A stretch of 64,000 nucleotides of DNA from NCBI GenBank assembly GCA_963669175.1, contig OY769902.1, forward strand, positions 1,248,001-1,312,000, written 5' to 3'. Below, one piece after another: positions 19,195 to 27,936 of this stretch. This stretch comes from a bacterium. Its GTDB lineage: Bacteria > Electryoneota > Electryoneia > Electryoneales > Electryoneaceae. Each line of letters starts with the position of its first letter. The first letter of the stretch is position 1. The notes under the pieces were generated by a model. It was not told where the DNA came from. It ran no database searches and saw only the letters and a list, made by a program, of their open reading frames with translations. The position numbers and the translations under genes were made by a program.

Positions 19195-19660
19195 GGATTC
19201 ACAAGATTCACAGGATATTCTACATGATGAACAGGATGATAGGATAAAAGGATATCAAGGATGACTCTGTATTGTATTTACAGAATGGAGAGGATAATGA
19301 GGAGAGTAAGGATACAAAACTGTATTTATGTAAAACCCTTGTAGTAAAGTTTGCCATGCGTTGATTAGCTTGACCGTGTGCCGGACCGTGTGGCCCGGGT
19401 GCTGGCACCCGGGATGGGTTCCAGGGAGAATCAGCGATACCAGAAAAACCTCGAGATCCCCGGTTCATCCCCGACTACAACACTCGGGACGGGGATAACA
19501 TTTCGAAGTGAAAAAAGTAGGCAGTGAAAAAAGTGAAAAAGGTGGGAATTTACAAAGAACGTATGGCCCGATTTGCCAGCAGCGGATGCATGAATACTGG
19601 AACGATTGCTATGGAAATGGATTTGTGATAGGTGAGCATAAGCTTCTGAGCAAGTCGGGA
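19195..19660. repeat. Stacked repeats: family B half, family C hairpin, family F purine run, family H
   Basis: AGGAT arrays, GAGATCCCCGG, GTGAAAAAAG runs, TGGCCCGA...TCGGGA. Confidence 0.7.
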
Positions 19661-19672
19661 ATGAACCAGTGA

Positions 19673-20009
19673 TGGGTAAGCAGGCGAAAAATGGGACTGT
19701 TACCTTTTCATGCTTTCGAATGCAGAACAATCACATCAGTATTGATGAAAAGGTAACTGTACCAAAATTTTGCCTGTTCTGTACGATGGTTCCGGACTGG
19801 AAAATGCCGGGACAGCCACCTTTTCGCAACATATCTTCCCAGCGATCAATGATTTTGCGTATAAATGAAACATGGTCAACAATATCTGGCATATTCGCAG
19901 GCGAAAAGTGTGGCAGTCCCCATTTTCCGACGGCATTTCCCCTTTTCCATCGAATTAGACCCTTATATCCAGGTTAATGGTATAGCAGAATCTTACCCAC
20001 ACGAAACAG
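19673..20009. repeat. Family A1 composite element
   Basis: Highly similar to 45390-45728; TGGGTAAG/CTTACCCA inverted pair near the ends. Confidence 0.92.
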
Positions 20010-20109
20010 CGAGGCGCCCCTTTTTTACTCCCACAGCCTGTAACTATTCCTCGGTTCTTCCTGTCTTATGTGCGGGGTGGGCGCCCCTTTTCATGATCCG
20101 GGAGGCGGG

Positions 20110-22545
20110 ATGCTGCGCAATATTCTTGTTCAATTCTGGCGTAATGTCAAGAAAAACAAGCTATATACTACATTCAATATCGCGGGTCTTGCGATTGGGA
20201 TGGCAGCGTTTATCCTGATCGGCCTCTATGTTTATTACGAGAATCAATACGATGCCCACCATCCGGACGCGGACCAGATTGTGCAGCTCACCTGTTACGC
20301 CAACCTCGGTGGCGACCAGGTTTTCAATTTCGATACCGGATCTGCGCCCATGGGGCCAGCGCTGGTGCGCGAGATAGACGCCCTCAAGGAATTCCTGCGG
20401 ATCCGCTCCTTTACCGAAAACTTCGCACTCCGTGCCGGGGAACGGGTTATCTCCATCAGCTCCGTAAATGATGCCGATTCCAGCCTGTTCGATTTTTTCC
20501 AGTATGAATTTTTACAGGGTGACCCGAAAAGGGCACTCACCGCCCCCAATTCAGTGGTTCTTTCCGAAGAGACCGCACACAGTCTTTTCGATGATACCGA
20601 TCCCATGGGACAGGAAGTGGTATTCCGAGATTGGACATCGCTAACAGTCACCGGAGTGTTCCGTACCCCGGACAAACCGACTCACCTGCCCGATTTCCCC
20701 ATGATTATGTCCTGGTCTACGAGAAAACGTGATGACGACGGTGGCTGGCTGAACAATATTTCCTACAATACCTATTTCAAGGTGCCGACGGGCACTGATC
20801 TGGCCTCCCTGCAACCCTTCCTGGATCAATCCCTGGACAAGCATGAGGGCGATGCGCTACGGATGTTGGGCGGGGAGAACATCTCGGATTTTACGGACAT
20901 CTTCCGCCTGTACCTGCGTCCTCTGCGTAGCATCCACCTTGCGGCCAACGAGCTGCAGGGTATGCGTGGCAAATACGGCCACCACCGTGACAACCTGTTC
21001 CAGTTGGGCGGACTGGGTTTGTTCATTCTACTGATCGCCTGTTTGAATTATATCAACCTCTCCACCGCCAAGAGCGCGCTTCGCAGCCGTATGGTGGGCG
21101 TAAGCAAAACACTCGGCGCGACACGTTCAATTCTCGTGCGCCAATTCCTCGCCGAATCCGTAATCCTGTCCCTGGTCGCTTTCATTATTGCGCTATTGCT
21201 GGTTTACCTGGCGCTGCCTTATTTCACCAACCTGTTACAAAAGAATCTCGCAATCTTTTTCCTGTCGACGCCGTGGCAGATCCTTGCATTGGTTGCCGGG
21301 GCGATTATCATCGGCCTGCTTGCCGGGATTTACCCTGCGTTTGTGTTGTCCAGCTATCGTCCGGTTACGGTCCTGTCCGGAGCGGTGATACGTGGGACAA
21401 AAGGTACACGCCTGCGTTCGCTGTTTGTCATTCTCCAGTTCGCCATCTCGATTTTCCTGGTGCTGAATACCTTGATTGTGGGGAAGCAGACAGAATTCAT
21501 GCGAACCAAGGATCTTGGCTATGATACGCACCAGATGCTGGTGATCCGGCTGGAGAACGGGGATCTGATGGAACAGCATCGTGTGCTGAAAACCGAAATC
21601 ATGCGCTTGCCGGGTGTGCTGGCGGCGACCACGGCCGATTTTACCCCGGACGACATTCGTAACAACAGCGTCTACCATATCCCTGGCGGGGTGGAAGAGG
21701 ATCAGAAGCTGTTCCATATCTGGCCGGTGGATCATGACGCCATTACCACGTTCGGCCTGACGCTTGTTGACGGGCGAGAATTCAACCCCGACATGGCAAC
21801 CGACTCGACCATGTCCATCATTATCAACGAAGCCGCAGCGAAACTGTTGCCCTGGGAAAATCCTGTCGGTGAACACATCGAGGAAATCGAGACGCTTGAC
21901 CCGGTGACTTACACCCCGATGGACATCATCGGCGTGGTGAAAGATTTCCATTTTCATTCGCTGCATAATGAAATCGCGCCCATGTTCATGCAGATTTATT
22001 ACGGTGAGCCGCCCTACCTGTTTTTCAAGCTTGACGGCGCTCGAATCCCGGAGACGATGGCCGAGATCGAACGGTTGTGGAAGGATTTCGCCCCACGTAT
22101 GCCGTTGCAGTACAAATTCATGGACGAAGGCTTCAACAAGATGTACCATACCGAGCTGCAACTGGGCGTGTTGATCCGTTACGCGACGGGTTTGGCGATC
22201 CTGGTCGCGGCAATCGGCCTGTTCGCCCTGGCGGCGTTCGCGGCGCAACAACGCACCCGTGAAATCGGCATCCGTAAAGTACTGGGCGCGACCTCGGAAG
22301 GCATCACACTGCTGCTGTTGCGTGATTTCCTGACACTGGTCGGGATCGCGTTTGTGCTGGCTGTCCCGCTGGGAGCGTGGGTGATGAACCACTGGCTGCA
22401 AAGCTACGCCTACCGGATCACACTCGGCCCCGGCCCGTTCCTTTTGGCGGGTGTGCTGGCCTTCGGAGTTGCAGTGATCACGGTCGGCGGCCTCGCCTGG
22501 AAAGTCGCCAATGCCAACCCGGTCAAGGCTATCCGGCATCAGTAG
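20110..22545 (+). CDS. ABC transporter permease, MacB/FtsX-like with duplicated domains
   Basis: NIAGLAIG, IACLNYINLSTA, QFAIS, RTREIGIRKVLGA, ANPV; start after GGAGG. Confidence 0.93.
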   Translation: MLRNILVQFWRNVKKNKLYTTFNIAGLAIGMAAFILIGLYVYYENQYDAHHPDADQIVQLTCYANLGGDQVFNFDTGSAPMGPALVREIDALKEFLRIRSFTENFALRAGERVISISSVNDADSSLFDFFQYEFLQGDPKRALTAPNSVVLSEETAHSLFDDTDPMGQEVVFRDWTSLTVTGVFRTPDKPTHLPDFPMIMSWSTRKRDDDGGWLNNISYNTYFKVPTGTDLASLQPFLDQSLDKHEGDALRMLGGENISDFTDIFRLYLRPLRSIHLAANELQGMRGKYGHHRDNLFQLGGLGLFILLIACLNYINLSTAKSALRSRMVGVSKTLGATRSILVRQFLAESVILSLVAFIIALLLVYLALPYFTNLLQKNLAIFFLSTPWQILALVAGAIIIGLLAGIYPAFVLSSYRPVTVLSGAVIRGTKGTRLRSLFVILQFAISIFLVLNTLIVGKQTEFMRTKDLGYDTHQMLVIRLENGDLMEQHRVLKTEIMRLPGVLAATTADFTPDDIRNNSVYHIPGGVEEDQKLFHIWPVDHDAITTFGLTLVDGREFNPDMATDSTMSIIINEAAAKLLPWENPVGEHIEEIETLDPVTYTPMDIIGVVKDFHFHSLHNEIAPMFMQIYYGEPPYLFFKLDGARIPETMAEIERLWKDFAPRMPLQYKFMDEGFNKMYHTELQLGVLIRYATGLAILVAAIGLFALAAFAAQQRTREIGIRKVLGATSEGITLLLLRDFLTLVGIAFVLAVPLGAWVMNHWLQSYAYRITLGPGPFLLAGVLAFGVAVITVGGLAWKVANANPVKAIRHQ

Positions 22546-22760
22546 GGGGACTCACAGGGGTTGACGCACGGTACATGACTCACAGGATGATAGGATAGAA
22601 GGATGGCAAGGATGAACTGAATGTATTTACAGAATTTACAGGATGCGTAAGGATTGACAGGATTGTATATGCTTGAATTTACAGGATGTGAAGGATATAA
22701 AGGATGAAAAGGATTATTTCTTGTGAAAAGACTGGAAAATTTCAAGCAAATTCTTTGGTT

Positions 22761-23162
22761 CTAGAGGAGTAATTGTATCTCATTGGAATGTCTGCCCAGT
22801 TTCTTATCAAAAGTGACCAGCGTATCGCATCCACGGGACAGGCAGCGAACGAGGATCAAGTAGTCGGAGAAGTCGGCGGTGCCCTGAGTGTAGAGGCTGA
22901 TGGCGCTATGGATCAGTTCGCTATCCTCAACGACAATCCCTTCCGATTGAGACAAGCGATGCAGAACGGAACCGATTTCCGGGCGTTTGAAGTGATAGGC
23001 GGATTCCAGCACCCAGACCAGCTCGCAGAAGACGATATCATCCACGTAGAGAGCGGTGCCGTCCTTGACCGCGCTCTCGATGACGTCCGCCGCCTGGGCT
23101 TCCTGTTTGGGATCATCCTGCACGATATAACGGACCAGCACATTGGTGTCCAGTCCGATCAT
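22761..23162 (-). CDS. vapC: VapC-family PIN-domain toxin
   Basis: MIGLDTNVLVRY, ELVWVL, DFSD, TFD. Confidence 0.92.
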   Translation of the reverse strand: MIGLDTNVLVRYIVQDDPKQEAQAADVIESAVKDGTALYVDDIVFCELVWVLESAYHFKRPEIGSVLHRLSQSEGIVVEDSELIHSAISLYTQGTADFSDYLILVRCLSRGCDTLVTFDKKLGRHSNEIQLLL

Positions 23163-23392
23163 TGCCCGCTGCCACGTTTGCGAATGGTTTCCAGGATCTC
23201 GTCCATGCTGACATGACGGTCGGCCTTCAACGCACCACGCAACTGTTCAATCGAGGAACGCCGTTGCAGGATGACGTCATCGGGCGATACCCGCAGGAAC
23301 CGTACCTTGTCGCCCGGATTCAGTTGCAAGTGATCACGCACCGCCTTCGGGATGGTGATCTGCCCCTTTTTACTTAACATCGCCCAGTCCAT
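23159..23392 (-). CDS. AbrB/MazE/SpoVT-family antitoxin
   Basis: SKKGQITIPKAVR...L.PGD; overlaps the toxin start by 4 nt. Confidence 0.92.
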   Translation of the reverse strand: MDWAMLSKKGQITIPKAVRDHLQLNPGDKVRFLRVSPDDVILQRRSSIEQLRGALKADRHVSMDEILETIRKRGSGQ

Positions 23393-23400
23393 AGGATCTC

Positions 23401-23424
23401 CTTTACTTTATTGGAAATGTAAAG
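23401..23424. promoter_or_regulatory. Putative TA autoregulation operator
   Basis: CTTTAC-N12-GTAAAG dyad just upstream of the antitoxin gene. Confidence 0.4.
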
Positions 23425-23465
23425 AATAACTATGGAAAGTGCAATATAGTTCGATGAAATGTGAA

Positions 23466-23977
23466 ACCCGACAGCGAGCAGCACGCCACGACGCACAAGT
23501 CGGGCCAAACTGTTTTACTCACAGGATGATAGGATAGAAGGATTGCAAGAATGAAAGTCATTAATTGCAGAGTATGGACGAGAGGGTAGAGGGAACACTT
23601 GGCTAAAATCAGCGACACTCTCATCCCAGCGCAGGCTGGGATCCAGTCAAATTGCGATGCCAAACAGGGGATCACACTCTCGCTGAGCGTGGGATATCAG
23701 CATTTAGCAGGGTATTTAACTCTTTTCAATGTCGATACTTGCCTGGATCCCAGCCTGCGCTGGGATGAGAGTGTAGTTGGTTCTTGTATTATCCGGAAAA
23801 TGATGTAGGAAAGGAACAAACCATGCAGAGGTCGTCTTGCCTGGCAGAGCGGCCGACGGAGTAGATCCCCGCCGCCGCGGGGATGACAGTGGGGGTTAGT
23901 TCATCAAATGATTCTGCATGTGCGAAAAGGTCGTTTGGCCCGACTTGTGCGCCGTGGCGTACTGCTTGCTGTCGGGT
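23466..23977. repeat. Nested inverted repeats: 45-bp outer pair enclosing a family C REPIN-like pair
   Basis: 23466-23510 vs 23933-23977 (42/45 inverted); 23615-23646 vs 23743-23774 (32/32 inverted). Confidence 0.85.
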
Positions 23978-24108
23978 AACCTCTCAAGCCACGATAACTG
24001 CGAAAATGGGACAGACCACGAAGGGTCAGTCCCGATTTTCGCTCCTCTTCACTTCTCTCGACAAAAAACCCGGCCATCAGGCCGGGTCATAAAATCCAAT
24101 CTCAAACT

Positions 24109-24415
24109 GGGCAATGTTGTGGCAGGTCTTGACGCGACACTCCGTTTTCGGCTTTCGCTATGTTTTCCTGAATTCACGATGATACTGAAACCGCCTCTTG
24201 CCGTGTTTTTGTCGCGTTGTGACCTGCCACCGGTATCAGCATTCTCGCCGTCGTCAGGTTACAACGTGATGCCTGATGACGATCTATCATGCGAAATAGC
24301 AGGCGTGAAGCCAGACAGATGTTTGTAATTACAGCGAGAAACAGGAAAAAGGCATCACGTCAAGACCTGACGAAACATGCTCGTCGATAGTATGCACAAA
24401 TTCTTGTTAGCAGCC
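24109..24415 (-). mobile_element. Family G MITE-like element, truncated at one end
   Basis: Reverse-complement paralogue of 31378-31709 and 49315-49646. Confidence 0.85.
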
Positions 24416-24421
24416 AAAATC

Positions 24422-24446
24422 AAAAACCCGGCCATCTGGCCGGGTC
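24422..24446 (-). terminator. Intrinsic terminator (second copy at 24063-24087)
   Basis: AAAAACCCGGCC-ATCT-GGCCGGGT. Confidence 0.7.
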
Positions 24447-24474
24447 ATTGCTGTCCAATCTTAAAACACTGCCA

Positions 24475-24984
24475 TCACTTCTTCTTCAGGGCTTCCAGCG
24501 CACGTTTCAAATCTTCCGGGTCGGCGTTGTCCAGGCTGTTTTTCAGCTCTTGGCGGAGTTTGTCGGCATCATTCGGTTCCTGCCCCGGTTCGACGATCCC
24601 CAGCAGACGGCAGACAGCCGAGACATACTTGGCGGGGGTGACCGGTTTCTCGAGGTAGACGCCTGAGCCGGACATGGTCAGCTCGTCAAAATCGACCTTG
24701 CCCAGGTCATCACGAGCGTGGCCGGTGACGATCAGGATAGGGATTTTGGACGTGGCCGGGTCTTTCTTCATGGCACGGTGGAACTGGGCGCCCGAGCCTT
24801 TCGGCATCACCAGGTCCAGCGACACCAGGTCCGGGTTGATTTCCTTGACCTTTTCCAAGGCCTGCACGCCATCCTCAGCGGTGGACACTTCGAACCCGGC
24901 ATCTTCCAGCGCCATGCTCAGATAGGCACGGATGTCGGCTTCATCGTCAACTACCAGGATATGCTTTCCTGTTTTGGTATCCAT
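24475..24984 (-). CDS. Response regulator receiver protein with a short C-terminal extension
   Basis: ILVVDDE, LDLVMP, VTG, EKP. Confidence 0.92.
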   Translation of the reverse strand: MDTKTGKHILVVDDEADIRAYLSMALEDAGFEVSTAEDGVQALEKVKEINPDLVSLDLVMPKGSGAQFHRAMKKDPATSKIPILIVTGHARDDLGKVDFDELTMSGSGVYLEKPVTPAKYVSAVCRLLGIVEPGQEPNDADKLRQELKNSLDNADPEDLKRALEALKKK

Positions 24985-25003
24985 ACGTACCCCCGTAGGT
25001 ATG

Positions 25004-26461
25004 TTAACTCTCTATGTTTTGTTCCTGATACAGTGTTTGCAGACGTTTGCGCGGGAAACGGATGGTGAAGGTTGAGCCGACATCCGTTTGGGTATTCATC
25101 TCGATCCGTCCGCCATGCTCCTGCACAATTTTCCTCGTGGTCAGCAGGCCCAGCCCGGTGCCCTTGCCGCCCTTGGTGGTGAAGAAGGTGGTGAAAATTT
25201 TGTTCTTGACTTCCTGGTCCATCCCGGCGCCGTTATCCTCGACCTGGAACACCAGCTCGTCATCCCGTTCCAGGGTACGCATGACTACCCGTTTCGGGCC
25301 TTCCTCACGCATCATTACCGCATCGATCGCGTTGGACATCAGGTTGGTCAAACAGGCTTCTATCCCTTCCGGGTCCAGTGGCGCAGGCTGGAGGGTTTCG
25401 TCCAGTTCATGCACCAGCTCCACATCCTGACGAGCCGCGGTTTCGGCGTATAGTTCGACAATATCACGGACTACCTGGTTCGGGTCGAGCAGTTTCATCT
25501 CGGGCAGGCGTCCCTTGGAAAAACTCAGGAAGCCACGCACCAGGTCGGTGGTCTTGGTGAAGTTGCGTTGCAGGACATCCCAGCCCTGGTTGATACGGTC
25601 CTTGTTATCCCGTTTAATCCCGGAATCGACCATGTACATCCCGCCTTCCAGCCCCATCAGCAGGTTCTTGATGGTGTGGGCCAGACCGGCTACGGTTTGA
25701 CCGACCGCGGCGAGACGTTCGGCGTCGATATTCTGCTTCTCCAGTTCCTTGACATGGGTAACGTCGGTCATGATCTCGATAACATGCTCAACATTGCCAT
25801 CGCCACGTGACAGCGGCGAGGTGTGGACTACGTAATAAGTCGTCTGCCCGTCCTTGGTCACGCCGACCTGCTCGCCCATGTGCTCCTGGCCGTCCTCGAA
25901 AGTACGTGCGGCCGGGCAACTGGTGCAGGGTTTGTCACGACGCTTGTTCACCTGGTAGCAGTGACGTCCGCGTCCTTCGCCAAACGTGTTACGGAATTTC
26001 TCGTTGGTGCGAGTGATCTTGAATTCACGGTCAACCACCGAGATGTAACAGGGGACACGGTCGAAGAGGACGTCGTACTGGCGTTGCCATTGACGGATTT
26101 CCGTGATATCACGGCTCAGCTCCAGCAGAAAATGGGCCTTGCCGTCATCGTCAAGGATGGGAATGGTATGGACGACGTAATGGCAGGTGCGTCCATTGCG
26201 GTCAATCCCGGTTTCATCGGATACAATGGTCTCGCCATGGGCGAAGACTTTATCCGCCTTGCAGGCGTCGCAATGCTGGTCCTTGCCCTTGTATACTTCA
26301 TGGCATTTCTTGCCCTGCCAGTCGCCGAAATAGTCACGGAAGTTTTCGTTGGCGCGGATAATATTGTAATCACGGTCAATCACCGCGAGGTTGAAAGGCA
26401 ACTGTTCAAACAGGCTGCGGTAGAGAAGCGCGTTGATCTGCGCATCGGTCGGCTGGTTCAT
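25004..26461 (-). CDS. PAS-PAS sensor histidine kinase
   Basis: Two PAS domains with C...CxxC clusters, AHTIKN H-box, NAIDA, DNGAG, GTGLGL; alternative starts to 26542. Confidence 0.92.
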   Translation of the reverse strand: MNQPTDAQINALLYRSLFEQLPFNLAVIDRDYNIIRANENFRDYFGDWQGKKCHEVYKGKDQHCDACKADKVFAHGETIVSDETGIDRNGRTCHYVVHTIPILDDDGKAHFLLELSRDITEIRQWQRQYDVLFDRVPCYISVVDREFKITRTNEKFRNTFGEGRGRHCYQVNKRRDKPCTSCPAARTFEDGQEHMGEQVGVTKDGQTTYYVVHTSPLSRGDGNVEHVIEIMTDVTHVKELEKQNIDAERLAAVGQTVAGLAHTIKNLLMGLEGGMYMVDSGIKRDNKDRINQGWDVLQRNFTKTTDLVRGFLSFSKGRLPEMKLLDPNQVVRDIVELYAETAARQDVELVHELDETLQPAPLDPEGIEACLTNLMSNAIDAVMMREEGPKRVVMRTLERDDELVFQVEDNGAGMDQEVKNKIFTTFFTTKGGKGTGLGLLTTRKIVQEHGGRIEMNTQTDVGSTFTIRFPRKRLQTLYQEQNIES

Positions 26462-26970
26462 GGCCGGTCCTCGTAATTCGCCGGTGTGGAAATCCTGGAT
26501 CAGGTTTTTCATGAAAGTATCCAGCCTGTTTGGTTTACACAAGATGCATCAGCCGTTAACGCTACAGTAAAACACGCTCCTTCACTATACTTTTCTACCG
26601 AGTTGTATAGATATTGACAACAGATTTGTATGGTTGTCGTTCCTTTACGACTGAAGGCTGATTCGCTATCTCATTCAGGATCCTTTATGTGCCACCCCTT
26701 CGGGGTTTATAGGGGGTGGTGTCAAGGTTCCCGGGGCTTACGCCCCGCGCTATTCATGTTTCGCTCCTTCGGAGCATGTGGATTCATCTTAGTCGATTCA
26801 TCGGAATCTGTGTATCTACCGTTATCATTATTACCAATAATTCTCGGAAGCGGATAAGCCTCTTCAAAGTTATTGGGACTTGCCTGGATCCCCGCCTGCG
26901 CGAGGATGAAAACCGAAGGATTGATTCTCTTATTTTTATTGCTGTTCTCGATTTTATTCCGACATAATAA

Positions 26971-27177
26971 AGATTGCCGGGAAAAGGGGACGGGATCCTT
27001 TTCCTCGCGCGCATATGAAACACTCTCGCCGAACTTGTGGAAAAGGAAACTGTCCCCTTTTCCGTGTACGTCCTGCCTGCTCTCAAGAAAAAGGGTACAG
27101 CCACCTTTCCCGGTCCATGCTCACAGCGGGAAGGCTTTGCCCCAAGGAAAGGAAACTGTCCCCTTTTTCCATATCCT
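26971..27177. repeat. Family A2 composite element
   Basis: Paralogue of 4046-4253; contains GAAACTGTCCCCT twice. Confidence 0.85.
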
Positions 27178-27283
27178 TATCCTTTATTCCAACCATATGG
27201 TTGACCTTTCACTGATCTGGCACATGACCACATGACGGAATAATAATGGGAATCGCTATATTTAGAATAGACCACCGCCGGGC

Positions 27284-27421
27284 AACCGCCTTCGCAAGCT
27301 ACGGCGTTTTCAAGCCGGCGGGGCCAAAGAACCGCCTTCGCAAGCTATGGCGTTTTCAAGCCGGCGGGGCCAAAGAACCGCCTTCGCAAGCTACGGCGTT
27401 TTCAAGCCGGCGGGGCCAAAG
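27284..27421. repeat. 46-bp tandem repeat x3 with a CGCC...GGCG hairpin
   Basis: Units at 27284, 27330 and 27376; one substitution. Confidence 0.95.
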
Positions 27422-27433
27422 AAAGAACGCGTT

Positions 27434-27817
27434 TCACCCCAAGAGTTCCTTCACTTTGGCCAAAACCAGGTCACGGTCAATCGGTTTTTCGAAGAAACCA
27501 TCCGGCTCAACAATCGTACGCCGCGTATGGATGAACTTCTTGAAATTCGGATCTTCGTATCCGGTAATGATGATGACCGGGATATTTTTGGTCGCATCAT
27601 CCTCACGTAACTGTTTGTACGCCTTCACCCCGGACTGTTCCGGCATGGTAATATCCAGCGTGACCAGGTCCGGCAGGTGTTTTTTCGCCTGGGCATATGC
27701 TTCCGCCCCGGTGGATGCCTGCACCACGTTGAAGCCGTTATCCTTGAAAAACGTTCCCAGGTATGTCAATACATCCGGCTCATCATCGACAACGAGAATT
27801 GTTTTCGGTTCACTCAT
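27434..27817 (-). CDS. Single-domain response regulator
   Basis: ILVVDDE, LDITMP, ITG, EKP. Confidence 0.92.
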   Translation of the reverse strand: MSEPKTILVVDDEPDVLTYLGTFFKDNGFNVVQASTGAEAYAQAKKHLPDLVTLDITMPEQSGVKAYKQLREDDATKNIPVIIITGYEDPNFKKFIHTRRTIVEPDGFFEKPIDRDLVLAKVKELLG

Positions 27818-27936
27818 GGGTTTATCCCCCGACACTGTATGTCATGACACCTGCGAAGAAGCCAGCAGGCATCTTGATACTTGTTGATGTTCAGGAAAAC
27901 ATTCGCAGCACAAACTTCCTGTCTGAATTGTACTGG

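Noticed and set aside
22546-24474. Integron cassette array (attC sites)
   Set aside because: No integron integrase in the window and no consistent RYYYAAC...GTTRRRY boxes around the TA module
27284-27421. CRISPR array
   Set aside because: Head-to-tail identical 46-bp units with no unique spacers
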